The notes below the pieces were generated by a model, which did no database searches, was not told where the DNA came from, and saw nothing but the letters and a program-made list of their open reading frames with translations. Positions 1-14,253 of a stretch of DNA of 64,000 bases are shown here, in pieces (position 1 is the stretch's first letter; each line of letters begins with the position of its first letter). The position numbers and the translations under genes were made by a program. Source of the DNA: Azolla caroliniana (taxonomy: Eukaryota; Plantae; Polypodiophyta); the NCBI GenBank assembly GCA_043228905.1, contig JBHGNT010000001.1:28520001-28584000 (forward strand), written 5' to 3'.

Positions 1-640
1 CCATTGTTGGAGCAAAAATATGTATATGTGATCCAATATACCTTGTGGACGTTATATTTTCCATCATACTCAATCACACTATTTCCATTGTGTTTCTACA
101 TGTGAAGGCATCAATGTCATTCCATAAAAATACACATTATGGTATTAATACACAAGACATAGAAGTGACTTTCAAGTTTCCATGTTGATGTGCTACTTTT
201 TCAACCACCCATACATCCACCCTATGAGGTTGATAATGGAGTTTGACGACGAACCCTAAAGTTTTAATACCACCATAAAGATATAAAAAGAGGTGGATTA
301 ATAGTGGATACATAAGAAGGGGCCATTCAAGGGAACTTACTGCACCCAATTTGTAGTAAAGGTAAGTTGGCTAGGAATGTTGTAGCTAGAAACTATAATA
401 CACATTTGCATTTTCTTCTTCACTGACATGGTGTTTGCTCCCATGTGACTGTAATAAAGACCCTCCATTCTTCACATGTCCCACCATAAAGTGTACAAGA
501 ATAAATGCCCATGCCACATTCTTAAATTGTTTTATATTTCTGTATTATATACATATCCAAAGGCAACAAGGATTTTATACCATCAAAACTTTACACTTGA
601 CTACGTCTGTGAAAACACTCTTATTTATCAAAATGGAAGG

Positions 641-867
641 GTCTTATTAATCTTCACTCTTGATTAATTGCTTACTTTTTTATTACATTTTTTATTTTTT
701 ATTAAAAAATGACTCAGGTCTTCTTTTTTTCCAAAAAATCACTACTTCACATTAGTTAGCAAACAAAATTACATCATAGAACTCTCAAAATTCCTCTCAA
801 CAGTCTTATTAATCTTCACTCTTGATTAATTGCTTACTTTTTTATTACAATTTTTATTTTTTATTAA
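641..867. repeat. ~65-bp local direct duplication (641-705 and 803-867)
   Basis: gtcttattaatcttcactcttgattaattgcttacttttttattaca...ttatta occurs twice, almost identical. Confidence 0.85.
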
Positions 868-3800
868 TAAATAAATAAATACTACCTCCATTAGTTAAGA
901 CAATGTACGTAGGATGTTACAATTTATTTTAGTGCATTAACAATCTACATAATACTGATATTAATTCATTATAATGACGATTGCATAATATATTTGTGAC
1001 ATACATATACATACTTGATATGGACATAAGCATCACACAAATTCCAAGTACGTAATAACTTCAAATATTGCAACTTAAAATCTTGTCACTAGAATGGATC
1101 ACACTATCTCAAAATTCTTTCATGTGTATTGACATTGTTTAGGTAATGGGGAAAATGTCCAATACAAACAACATTATCATTGATATATCATTCTATGTAT
1201 TAAAAAATCGCCATCGTTCATGACAACATCAGGTATTCTATTAAAACTGTTGAACAAAATATAAAAGTTAGTTTTATACTTAAATATAACTTAATATTTG
1301 TGCTAATTTGTGGATGGTTGTCGATGCAAATCAAGTTTAGTGCTTGAAGGTATGGCATGGTTTTAATTTGTTTCTTATTTTCTGCATCATAAATCAAGGA
1401 TAGAGATGGCCATGCATTTTATGCCACTTATAAGATTGTAAATTGTAATGAAATTGGACATTTGAGATTCAAATTACTATTCTCATTATTTCTTTGGTGG
1501 TCTTATAACTATGTGGGTGTGCATGTGCACATGCGCATACAATGTGTAGAACATGTTAAATCATAGTAAGGAAGAAAACCCTTCAAAGGGTGATAACGAA
1601 TTAATCATGTTTAAAATGTGAAAGAGAGAATTAATATCTCAAAAGAATGATAGTTTCACCAAAATTTGTATTGCCAATTGCATTGGCATTTTTTTGTAAA
1701 ATTGATCAATACTACACTTTCCTGTGCACGTTATCCAAGGACGTCTACCTTTAGTTTGATTTACTTGATGGCCAAATCTTGAGCCGGAAGGTAAAGCTAC
1801 ATTCAATAGTGATTGATGTCATTGGTGTCAAATTCATCATGACAACGTAAAAGATTTTGGAATTTTCAGAGTGGTTCCATGGTTCTACATCTCAAAGTGT
1901 GTTGCCATGCTATTTTTTAAAACGTGTCTTTGAGTGACTGATATTGTGATAAATTTGATCATGTCTTGATTCTCATGTCATTCGGAAAATGCATGTAAAA
2001 ATTTACTTTCCTCACTATTTAAATGTACCCCTGACATGAAGAAGCATGATGTAACTATACATATAATGGCATGCCTTCATTATCATCACCTTTAAGGTCA
2101 TGTCTTCAAACATGTGAATATGTCGAGTGATATTCTTGTTTACCTTTATTTATGTGTAGGCTATATTGTTTATACATCAGCCACCTATATTCTTGTATAT
2201 CTATTATATAAGTCCCTTTATTGTACAAGAGGAGACATTGTAGCTAGGTTTATGATAGAGGCATTCTAGTGTAAGGCATTTTTAAGGGTTTTCATGTTCG
2301 AATACACTGAAATCTACTATTTACTTAGGATTGATCATGTAACAAAATCTAGCACGGGTTTGACAAGGATAACACATTAGAAATTTCATTTAGGATGCGT
2401 TAGTCATTTTCTGCATCACACTCGTAATCTAGTGTTTGAGATCGCTATTGTTTTCTATTGCAATTTTGCAGCTATAATATTGTTAATCAAGGAAGAATTA
2501 CACTAGAAAATATATACATACTAGTCGTACCTTAAACCGATATTTCGTTTGCTTGATAAATAGTTCCTTAAACCTATTGCTTTGGTGTATACAAGAAAAT
2601 TAGTATCATATAGAAACATACACTCATAGTACTCACACACATGTGCACACAACCAATGCATTTACATATATGTATGCACTTGAATACAAGGATGTTACCT
2701 AAGATTACCAGGAAGAACTCATTACGTAATATCGAGAAAGTTGTACTCAATGAAAGAGGCTTGTACATTTTGAGAAGAAATGTGATGCATACACACATGC
2801 CTCCCTTTTTAATATGTCACAATAAGATTAAGGGGTCTATTTAAACAAATATTCCTCTATTATCATTATAATAATATCGAATTGAAGGGATACTCTAGTA
2901 TAGAATAGAAAGTAATATCTACTACACTATATTGAATTGAATGTGCAAAATTGACAATAAAAATGTAGTTGCCAAGAAGGGATAATTCAGTAGACTAGAG
3001 GACATCATCTCATTACATTGAGATTTTTTGAGGTTGATATTAAGATGTGTTGTCCAGAGGCTTGGTTTTCCAAATAAATGCATTATAAATTATGTTTCAA
3101 AAGATAGGGGATATCAATCTACCTCTATTGTTGTATTTGCAAGTCATTGCGGATTTCTCACTTTGTACTTGTTTACTGTAACTATCACTTTCTATTCTTT
3201 ATCATCTTCTAGTTCAAAACCATTGTGGCTGAAACCCAACGCTTGTAGATCCACAAATCTACTCAACACTTCAATCATTGATTATCTCCACAACATCGCA
3301 TTTCATAACGCAACAGCCCAACATAAATTTGATTACCTAATCAATTTTTCAACATGCATTGTTCTGAATTTCTCAAACCTCATTTGTTAGTTTGGAGCAT
3401 CCATTAAGCAAAATACTTCAAAGCCATTCATGCATTCAAAAGTGAAATCTAATGAAAACATTATGTCACACAATATTTCTCATTCATAAATATTGATATT
3501 TTGAAACTTAATAGTCAAGAGAGCACCAATTTGTTTGTAGCCCAATCAGGAAATGCTTGATTAAAACCTGGGCATGAGTTCAAACATTTTACAACAGCAT
3601 ACATTTACAGTGTATGTAGCGAGATTTGAATCTAAGTGATTGGGCTAGTAATAACTTTGTAACCACCACTAGAGAAAGAGAGAGAGATTTGGTCGTAATA
3701 ATGGGTAGGTTACTTTCAGTGGTGGTTCTAGAGCAAAACCACAGTTTAGATTAATACATTTATCCTATATGGTGATTGAGGACAAAAAGCACAGATGGAT

Positions 3801-4339
3801 CACGTTTGACACACTTTAGTGGGTTTTCAATTTGAAGCCAAAGCGTTACCCTGCCCATGAATTTGACTACCTTAGTATCAGTGTCTATGGTACAATTGAG
3901 GTATGAGAAATGGGTTCTTATCACCAAAAGTACGTATCTTGAAATCAAAATTGAGTTGGCAGTGTTCACAATTGAGCTCTGCAACATCTTGTACTCGGAG
4001 GAATTGCTGTTAAGTCACGACTAGTTCTCCGAGGATTTACTATGTTATACGTTAAGTAAGGATATTTTATAATGTTGTTTTAACATATGAAATACTCTTA
4101 CGGAAAAAGGACTTAGCAATTATGTCAAGTAGACGAAAATCTCATCTATTTTTAGTTCAAAAGTATAAAATAAAAATTTATTTGAACATCCATGAGCTTC
4201 TTTAAGAGATGAAACTTTACATGTCATTCTCATCTTCTTTACACATACCTCGTTCACATTGTTCATATTTTCTCATGGAAGGAACACCTCAATTTATTTC
4301 GGTAATTTGAAGAAACAAGTTTAAAACTGAGGACAAAAA

Positions 4340-7300
4340 TTAGTTTTCTGCTCTACTTAGCTTAGCTTTCCATTCTTCCAGTTTCCGAAGCAAAAATATG
4401 GTATGCTTTTCAATCTCAGAAGTTGATCCTTTGACGTACGATCTCAATAAACCTTCAGTGCCAGTGGCATGCAAAGCTTCTACCGCTACATCTGTCACAG
4501 CATGTGACATGTTAATAAATAGCATAATGTATATATGCATACATACATATGTGTGGGTGGGTGTATGTATATGTGTCACATTGTGCTTTGTACAGAAACA
4601 TCTTCTCTTCCATCCTTTTCTCTCAATTGGTGTTGATAGCCCTAATATACATACATAAACATAAAAGGTAATAGCCCAATGTGTTTGCACCCAAACAATT
4701 GTCAAAGGTGATTATCTGTGTAAGCTCACATATCCACAGACACACACACACCAATTCTGGCAATGTCAAAAGTTTCTCTCTAACGATAATGTTAAATAGT
4801 GTAATGTATATACACAAACACACTAAAAGGTAATGTACATAAACAGATATTAAATAGTGTAATGTATATACACAAACACATTAAAAGGTAATGTACATAA
4901 ACAGATATTGAATTCTGATACTGCAGAGTGTTTATTTTTTTCGTATTTACAACTGATGAAGGGGCGGGCATGATTTGAACTCCTGACCTATGGCATATGC
5001 TAGCAAGGGCCTCGATCATTAGGGCAACCATCTTGGTCCTACTGTCAAGTAAACATCCATCGTTTTTACACTGGTAAAAAGCTTAACAAGAAATAATACC
5101 ACATTCACATAGTGCTACAAGAGCTTTGACAGCTTCAAGCTGAGTCTTTTCATCTGACGCAGATTTCAGCATTTTTGTCAACTCAGTAACTCCGCCTGCT
5201 TCAACAAAACCTTTCCTCCTCCTATCTGCTTGGCATTCCAATAATGAAGAATTTGAATTGCAAGAGACAAAGAAAAATGGAAAATATATGGAATCCAGGG
5301 AACAAACCATTTGTGGCAATCAAAGATATTCTTGAGGCACCACTTCGTTTCATAAAGGGGTCATCCAACCGTACTAACGCAACAGATTGCCAAATTAAAC
5401 TATCACCTGCATTGGAAAAAAATAGTTTTTTCTTTGACAAACTATTTTTTATCTTATACTAGTTCTTATCGTGGTATTTTAAGTAACACTCAAAACAACA
5501 TATGAAGTTTTGCAATACTTTACCCATTATTGGGTACATGTTGAAACTGACATACGTAATTGTAGCTGCTGCCAATATCTTTATCAGCCAACCGACCTTC
5601 TTCATCAATTCAGACTTCTGTTCTATATCTTCTGTAATTTGAAAAGTAATTGTAGTCTCTTTAGAAGATAAGAATACTAAAATGACCACTATGAGTAATA
5701 TATCCTATTTCAAATGGAACCAGCAGGGAACACATTTGAAGTACATGCATAATAAGCATACAGATAAGACAGTATGCCTTTTGGTTTCAGACTAATATAC
5801 TTGACCCTTTTATTCTCTAAATTCTAAAAATCGCATAGCACACATTTCTTTGCTCAGACTCCAAATTGGTATTTTATTCCCACTGTAAATACTAACCAAG
5901 ACTGACAGCAACTACTCAAGGATGCCACCTGCAACATACTTTTATGTTGGAAACGTTTGCACACATGTCTAAAAATCCTCATTAATCTTTCTACATGTCC
6001 CTAAATGAAATAGAATACAGCCATTTTAAGCACTTTCTAATATCAGAAAACTAAAATAACCTCGTGTCAAACTAGAACAGAAAAAAACCCCAAAAGGATA
6101 GATCTCTTTCTATGAGGGCAATCCAACTCCTGAGTAATCCATTATTCATGATGCTTCTATAATACTACGCATAAGCAAATATATTCAATAAAGTGTATAA
6201 ACAATCATACAATATCCGGCAATTACAACATTCCCACATCAGTTATTTGTATAAAATCAACTCTAGAAGAACAGAAACCACACACATCAATGTGACTCCG
6301 AGAGTAGAAGCTTTCCTCGAATCAATTCTCACCATCATCAGCTGTGGAACTAGCTGAATAAAGTCTTTGCATGACACACATATGATATTTCGATGGAGAG
6401 TTTTGTTTAACACAAGCCAAAATCTGCAGTGCAAAAATAAATATAATGGACTTATTAAAAGTCTAGGAGGAAAGATAAACATAGGTCTTGCATTAACAAT
6501 TAAGCCAATACAAGGTAACTGCAGAAGCTGTGATTTGGGTGATTCTAATACACTTGATATTGTCTCATATTTTAAATATAGCTCAATCTGATAAATTAAT
6601 GTTTGTGATATCTTGACCTTCCAGCATCTGGCAACACGCTTGTGATATATTATACAATAGGGTAATTGATTAAACACCTCGCTACTTCGTTAATACCTTG
6701 TGTAGTGTCTAACATAATCAACAAAAAACAAGTTGAAGGTGATGAGAACTATGAAAAGTAATTATGCACAATAGTTATTTTGGCATTGGTAGGGTGTGTG
6801 TACACAACACACAATATTCCCTTTGGATGCTCATTTCCATATTGGTATTTCCATTTTGTTACCAAAGCTGTTCATTACTCATTATTCTGCGAACCAAGAG
6901 TATCAATGATGGATCTCATAAGCTTGTAGTAAAGCAAATTTATTGTGATTCATGAAGCTTGCAAACAAATTTTTCATCACGACAAGTTCAAATCACAATC
7001 ATGAATGTATGCCAAGAAAAGAATTTTATGGATATGGCAAGCTGTTAAGAGTTTGACGATGAAGATAATTAAATACCACGTCATCACTAGGAAATAAATG
7101 TATTCATTTATCACTTTTTTGGATGTTTAGTGTTGACAACAACGTTTATGGCTACACTAGTTTATTAACCACACATGAAACAAAAGATGAGCACTGTCAC
7201 GGAGCAGGGTATGGCAAACACAATCAAATTCGACTGTTTCTTTGTGGATATCGAAAGGTCTCGACAAAGCATCTCATGCTAGATTCATGACAAGATTACA

Positions 7301-7897
7301 AGCCATAAGTTATGCTGATGATTTGTGGTGTAGAATTTTGGGGTACACAAGGAATCTCTGTAAGGGGTGAGGTGAGTTCGTAAGCCAAGAGAACATACTG
7401 TCTATTGTTCATGGTGCAAATCCCAAACTCCAAGTCATGGCCAATAATATTGGAAATCGAGAAGATCAAGCTATTCATAACCTTGATGATTAAAACGTCT
7501 TCGTTTAGACTTCTTGAGTGTCATGCATATCAGGACCACAAAGGTTAGACAAGCCAGAAGGCCAAACTACCTTCTATAGTGAGATAACCATATCATGGCA
7601 TAACGCCATCTTGGAAAACAATGAATTTAAGGAAGAAGTAATGATAAAGTTCTCAGAGCACACTGAGTTTGATGCAATGCAATGACTTTTTTATGAACTA
7701 CCATTTATTTCTCTCGCATAAACGCACATACACACCTGGAGGTTCTGGCATTTGCTGGAATCCCAAATCTTGTGAAGAGACCTTCTGTGAGTAGAAGTGG
7801 TAGTAGTCGTCTCGGTTGCAGACGAAACAAGACAAGAATTGGAAGCCCTAGAAGAAGAAGAAACATTCCATGGGAGCTTGGGGATTCGAAACCTCAT
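4340..7897 (-). CDS. ARM-repeat-like protein with one TM helix, probably mitochondrial; 6 exons, ~245 aa
   Basis: Exons 7897-7736, 6423-6333, 5631-5524, 5406-5308, 5225-5100 and 4491-4340 all have GT-AG borders with compatible phases (0,1,1,1,1) and total 738 nt ending in TAA. The peptide ...KKVGWLIKILAAATITYVSFNMYPIMGDSLIWQSVALVRLDDPFMKRSGASRISLIATNDRRRKGFVEAGGVTELTKMLKSASDEKTQLEAVKALVAL... resembles a conserved land-plant ARM-superfamily protein (from recall). The N-terminus is S/R/T-rich with a QRLY|S motif. Confidence 0.85.
4792..4909. repeat. 58-bp tandem duplication inside the last intron
   Basis: ttaaatagtgtaatgtatatacacaaacaca(c/t)taaaaggtaatgtacataaacagata, two copies. Confidence 0.9.
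4961..5030 (-). pseudogene. degenerate tRNA-like / SINE-head sequence in the intron
   Basis: The minus strand reads ggttgccctaatgatcgaggcc...ggtcaggagttcaaatcatgcccgcccc, with A-box-like and B-box-like (GTTCAAATC) motifs at tRNA spacing. It forms no clean cloverleaf. Confidence 0.3.
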
Positions 7898-7987
7898 TCT
7901 CTCTTTCTCTCTGCGTCTGTGGTTTTCTCAGAGATTTGGGGATATTTAGCAAGCAAACAAGCAATACGCTTACGTTGGTGCCACCAC

Positions 7988-8063
7988 CATACATACATAT
8001 GATACATACATACATACATACATACATACATACATACATGCATGCATGCATACATGCATACAT
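7988..8063. repeat. (CATA)n/(CATG)n microsatellite upstream of the ARM-like gene
   Basis: Direct reading. Confidence 0.9.
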
Positions 8064-10964
8064 GATGGAGCATGCACCACTTTACTTGGGTATATGACAT
8101 GCGTAAAATGGCTTTTACCATATTATAACTCTCCTTCGGGCTTCACGGCTATTCGCCCATTATACTCTCGCCATGCTCATTAGATCATCATGTCTTGTTT
8201 ATGCACACTCGGCATCTAAATTGAATGAGAATGCCATTCATAGCAAATTATAGTGTCGCTGCCCTCACCAAACTTGTTCGGACATCAACAAGGAAATGAG
8301 GAGAACCATCAAACTACAACTTTTCATCCCCATGATAGTCAAATTTGTTAAGGGTATTTACTCAGCTTTGCACTAGCGGAATGATATTCAAAGAAGAACA
8401 TGACATGCCAAGGCCTCCTTATGTAGGGGTGTTTATGTAGGGGAGAATTTTGGGGAGTTAGAAGGTGAACAATCCACTAGGGCGACTCCATTGGTTTATG
8501 TTTAATGATGGAATACCTCTCTTGGAGACCGATACTCAATCAAATAGAATCGGCTTGGTGTGACAAATAACATCGATCATAATGCCATGCAAGAAGTTTC
8601 TAAGGATAAAGAAGAGCACATCCAACTGCAAATCGTGTTAGTGATTCAAACCACTCAACTGTTCCATGAGCATGATTTTCCCTACTCGAACTCATGAGCC
8701 TAAAGGATACTTTCAAATACAAAAAACTTCTAGACAAGAGAAAAGGTGTGGTTCGGTGTTCTTCCATGGCTAAGATTGCTACTAATAACGAGCAACATTT
8801 TAAACAATGTCAATTTGCATACTTGACTTACGTGGCTTAGAGAGCCTCGAAAGTCCGACGAATACATTAGACTCACTAAATAAAAAAAAGTGTTGCCAAT
8901 AACCACAAAACCAAGGGTCTTATAATAGAACCAACCATATAAGAGAAGACCACTAAGAACATGCCAATACCCTTAGCTCCTTGACAAAGTACTCAAAATT
9001 ATCTAGTGTGAAATGACCAAATCACAAAAAGGTGAAGTAAACTTGAAAAGCCACCTAAAAAAAGGAACCATCTCTAGTAGCTAGCACACCCATAGGATGT
9101 CTCCATACCCTAGTAACTTCCACGACATGCAAATTGAACTTTAGCACTCCTACCAAAGTAATGGAGGAGGAGTTTACTCTAACAACCCTTATCGGGCACA
9201 TACCCAAAGAAATTGCAATCATAAACACCCAAGACAATAAAATGATCCATACACTTCTCGTCTACCAATATCACTTGGAGTGTAAGTTGTGAATTGCAAC
9301 AAGACCTTAATTCTATAGACTTAGCACGCACAACAAAAAATGACCATTATGAAAATTGAGGCACAAGAGATGAAGCATGTCACAAAGTCCTATGACAATC
9401 CAAAGAGGAATAGGCAAAGGTGGTGAAGCTCACATTAATGCTCACAAACACATATGAACATAATCGAACAATTAGCAATAAAATAGAATTGTTACCAAAC
9501 CCTCTTGAATCAATGCCCTTAGTTTTGGTTGGTTTACTCAAACCTTCTGCTTCTATGTCCTCCCAATCTCTACCTTTGCCCAAACAATTTGCACCTACTT
9601 ATAGTGGATGTAGGAGGACTATAATGGCCTCTAATTGAGGTCTTTCTCAAAGGTTGATTTATGGTTCTATATGTCTGCCTCTTAAGGTGCAGTATTCAAT
9701 CTAGATAATCAATGTAGACAATACAGATTTATGTTTCGTTAGGCTACACTTGGTCTTGAGCACTTGGGGAAGTTACCGCCAAAACATCACACATTTATCC
9801 CTACAACATGAAGTGACATCACTAACAAGCATATAAATAGAGTTCATGTGCTAGTTTAGAAATCACAAAAGCTCTTTACGCACTTAATTAGATAGAGAAG
9901 CATAGAATTAAACAAAATGATAATGAAATAGAACAAATACTTAGTAATACACAAAGCTCACTCTCTCCCTCTATGTATTACAAGGTATTTACTTTATATT
10001 TGTTTTGCATGTCATCATAAATTCATAGTCTTTGCTCGAGTAACTAATGATTGCTTTGAACCTAAAGAGTCAAAATTCTACAAATATTATATGAAAAACT
10101 TATTTCCTATTTTATTCCTTGTCCCTCAACTCAATATACACTTAATGGCCTTTGGGTTGTGTGCACACCTATTTTACAGCCAACCAGAACAAAAAGTAGC
10201 ACGCACGCACTCTCTACGATGCAAAAAATAAAGTCAAACTGCTTGCAGGAAGACATTGCTTAACCGAAGAGCTTATGAAAAATATCATTCGATAAGCTAG
10301 AAGGGAAAAAAACCAAGCATTCTTGATGACTTGACATGTCGACGTGTCAACTAGGGTAGCAATGGTACGTACTATGCACAAACCATGTAACAACCATGGT
10401 GGATCTAATGGTGGCTTCATGGACACCAAAGCATATCCACGATTTTTGTTTAGCTTCTTGGAATCCATGAAAATGTTCTCTGAAGCTTATGTCTCACCCC
10501 CCTACATACGCGTCTAATTCTTTACAATTGCATTAGGTTCCACAAATACCGTAGTCCTCTTCTTGCTCTACCCCAGTAACATATGTATAGAACTCCCTGG
10601 TGCAAACAATGTGTTCGAGTGCCCAACCACAATGTTGTTTTTGGATGTAATTACTATACTTTGTACAATCATAACCAACACCTTGAATTTTCTAACTTGA
10701 TCAAATTCTCCTAGACTTCTTTTGATATCAATATAGCGATCAATATGGCTGCCTTGAATGAGCCATTTGTCTTAGCCCAAACCCTGCGCATGTTGTACAT
10801 TCATTTCACCCATGCCATACATGTAAGTGAGGAAAGCTTAGTTCCCTTGTTCAACATGGAAACATCCTTGGAAGTTGGGATGTAACTAGCTTGTGAGGAA
10901 ACTTTTGCTTACGAAATGAATATGTGAATTGACTTATGTTATTATAGACAAGACCTTTTAAAAG

Positions 10965-11341
10965 TGTTGAGAATCAAGCTCAACCTAGTCTAGTGTGTGA
11001 ACACACCCTTGAGAGTGTGCACTCAAAGGTCCAAAGTCACCACTCTTATCTACACATTAACTTTGTGTGACACATAACTAATCAGTTTTCACATTTCCCA
11101 TGACCCATGAGCTTCGGTAGTTAATGAAGAGAGAGAGTGACTATATAAAGCACTCTTCTCCTACTTTGTAATTAGTTCGGTTAATCTCCTTTGTAATATA
11201 CATCTTCTTGAGTATTCTATTGTGTTTCAAAGATTCTATCTATCTTGTGTTTCTCTCTTTCTCTCTCTCTCATACACACACACTCACAACACATATCTCT
11301 AGTCTATTCCGCTGCACAAGAATCACCATCAATTCTGTACA
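10965..11341 (+). repeat. 5' LTR of element A
   Basis: TGTTGAGAATC...CTGTACA followed by the iMet PBS; matches 31630-32007. Confidence 0.96.
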
Positions 11342-11487
11342 TGGTATCAGAGCAGTTTGGTAGCATGATCTCGCCCATTTGCGTGTGTTGAGCTCTACGC
11401 CAACGTTCAAGAAGAACCGGCTCATCGCTATCGTAGTGCAACTACATAGCTCATATTCAAGAGAGAAGAAGAAGGACGGAATCTACA

Positions 11488-13367
11488 TTGAACACCATGA
11501 ATACTCAAATGGGGAGCGCTCTCCCTAGCGAGAAGTTGGACCGAAACAACTTCGCATCTTGGGAGTACAAGATGCATCAATACCTTGTCGGTCAAAGCTA
11601 TTGCAACTACATCAAAGGAGCACAAGAAAACCGGCCCGACCCGGAAGACGCCAACTATCCAACATGGGAGCACACGACGAGTCAAGTAATGTATTGCTTG
11701 GTGACATGTGTTCACCACCACATGCTTGGTTACATTCAAGAAGCCGAGACGCCAAAGGAAGCGTGGGAAAATCTACGAAAGATTTTCACCATCAACACGA
11801 CCGCGAGGAAGCTTCAACTCCGCCAAGAGTTAAACAACATCCAACAAAGGGATATGTCCATCACAAGCTACACCTTGAAGATCAAGGATATTTGTGATGC
11901 ACTCGGCTTAATAAGCGTCAATGTGGAGGATGACGAAATGGTGCAAATATGCCTTAGCGGCCTTGCACCACGATTCGGCGCGATGCGGACTGCCGTACTA
12001 GCACAGGAGAATCCACCCTCCTTCTTCGATCTTCGATCATCAATCTATGTTATTGGTTGAAGAGAATCATGTTCGAACAAGGAGCAATGGCTCGGAAGAC
12101 CACATTCTCTACACGCATTCGAAAGGAGGAAGAGGACGCAGCCGAGCGAGAGGCCGATTGGGCCAAGGACGAGGCGGACGAGGTCCGACTTACGACAACA
12201 ACTCCCAATTTCGGCGACAAAACGGAAGCCATCGAGGAACCTTCAGAAGAAGGGGGAGCGTCCATTCCAGTCCAAGCCAACTAGCCTCGATCGAATGCGG
12301 TTATTGCGGAAAAATCGGCCACCATGAAGAAGAGTGCCGAAAGAAGAAGCGCGAGTCGGCTTCCACAAGCCGACAACTCACCAATTACACCATCAACTCC
12401 TACTATGATGATCATGTTGAGAAATCGATTCGGAATAGATCACAAGAAACGAACTACGCGCTGAAATACGATTTACAGAAATACTAGAAAAGACAAGATA
12501 AACAGATGTACACAGATATTTATGTGGAAACCCTAAAACGGGGAAAACCACGGGAACAAATTCTTCACTATAGAAATAGTGGATATACAATAGTGAGATG
12601 ATTACAACACTCTCTCACGAGTGTATCAGCTGCACAGGGCTCTTCACGTCTGTTGTTACACACACAGCTATGGCGCGACTCTCACGCACACTCTCTATCT
12701 CACTCTCTCTCTCTCTCTCTCTCTTTCGCTCTACAACATTTGTGCACAGTTAAAGTTTGCCCTAGTTGCCTATATACTTAGATAACTTTCTGTCTACTTA
12801 CACACGTAGCCCTCATCGGGCGCACACTTAGACTATTTACAGATATAGTCTCCCAAGTTGGCTATTTACATGAGTTGGCTAGTCCCTCATCAACTCGGCT
12901 CCTCGACTGTTGGCTTTCCTGACGGTCGGATTTTCCTCCCCATCGGGAGTGACATGTTTCCTAACATCATCATTACTTACCATAATAGTAATAACAATCG
13001 AATCACTGTTTTCAACCCTTCGACAGTCGGCTCTTCCTCCCACTGGAGGAACATATTCCCAACAGATCATGGCGGAATGTTTGTAATGAGACATAGAGCA
13101 AATTCTATGCCGGCCTCTACTTCGACTAATGCCTCCAATCCGGAAGATGTATGGTTCATCGACTCCGGTCTTTGGATCCATATGACGTCCCATCAAGAAT
13201 GGTTCAAAGACCTTCGAGAGCCGGATCGACCTGGTTATGTCGAGACCGGAGACGACACCACTCATCCGATTCGGCATGTCGACAATGTCCCATTCGAGAA
13301 AGAAGGTGAACTAACTTGCATAAAAAATGTCTTCCATGTACCCACCATAACGAATAATTTTGGTCTC
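11488..13367 (+). pseudogene. gag-protease of element A (frameshift near 12035, split by solo LTR B)
   Basis: EKLDRNNFASWEYKM gag N-terminus and CGYCGKIGHHEEEC zinc knuckle. YYDDH|GGMFVM rejoins across B. WFIDSG protease motif, then KNVFHVPTIT. Confidence 0.93.
12415..13064 (-). mobile_element. Solo LTR B (copia-type, 650 bp) in gag of A
   Basis: Termini TGTTGAGAAAT...ATTCCCAACA. 5-bp TSD GATCA at 12410-12414 and 13065-13069. The host frame is restored on removal. Orientation is inferred from the CCCGTGGTTTTCCCC..AGGGTTTCCAC U5-like motif on the minus strand. Confidence 0.93.
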
Positions 13368-14159
13368 ACAATGTCCCGACACCAACAGAGACACAAATAT
13401 GCACAACCCTTTATATATATGATTATAAGAGTGAGTTACAACTTCGGCTCCGAGCCGGACTAAGGTAGGCTAGGTCACAACAGCAGTCTGCTGCCAAGCC
13501 GCCGTCGGGGAGCTCTCGAGCTCGTCGCCCGAGCGGGGTCTTGCACAGGAGGCCGAGTAGAAGTAAACCCCCCACATAACATTCAAGCTCTTCACCGAGC
13601 TAAAACCCTCAAGAGCCACGAATGGGGCAAAAGAAGAAGAAGAAGAAGACAAGATGAAATCCTAAACGAAATAGGGTGAAGACCCAAGTACAAACCCTAA
13701 GGGGACAAGAATAAGATGAAGAGGAAGAACTCTACCAAACCCTAGACCTAAGTATACCCCTCCTAACTCAAAATGGGCAATCCCTTTACAAGGGACCATC
13801 CCTCCCTTTTATAGAACAAGGAGAGGGATGCGTTACAATTCCTGAAGCTATAAAAGAGAGGGAGACGCGGGGAGAAGGGTATCGCGCATTGAGGAGGACG
13901 AAGTGTTGTCGAACCGTAACCGAACGCTTCTCCTCTGTTCATTCTCCATCGCTCTTCTCTGCAGAATTTCGGGAGGCTCGCGCTGCTTCGAGGAACGCCC
14001 GTGTGCTTCCGGCAGCACCTCCATCCTATCCCCTTTCGTGCGCTGACGAACAAGCATCGACATCTGTTCGCCGGCCTATTCGGTTGTAACCGCTCGCGTG
14101 CTATGTTGTTTTGTGTCATTTGATAATATACAAACATTCGTGTCTCTCTGTCTCTGCGT
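13368..14159. mobile_element. Filler of two LTR fragments replacing the integrase N-terminus/core of A
   Basis: 13372-13838 is an inverted fragment related to the C LTR. 13839-14143 is near-identical to 28952-29256 (LTR D). The host jumps from NLVS (after PR) to VLKVTWAM..YWAEAANTAVYLMNRC (late integrase core). Confidence 0.85.
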
Positions 14160-14253
14160 CCTCAAGGTAACATGGGCCATGTTCAACGAGAAGCATATGC
14201 CCAAGTCATATTGGGCAGAAGCTGCAAATACCGCCGTCTACCTCATGAACCGG

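Noticed and set aside
5897-5928. Possible 32-nt stop-containing cassette exon in intron 2 of the ARM-like gene
   Set aside because: AG/GT borders are present but the polypyrimidine tract is weak, and it cannot be supported without transcripts.
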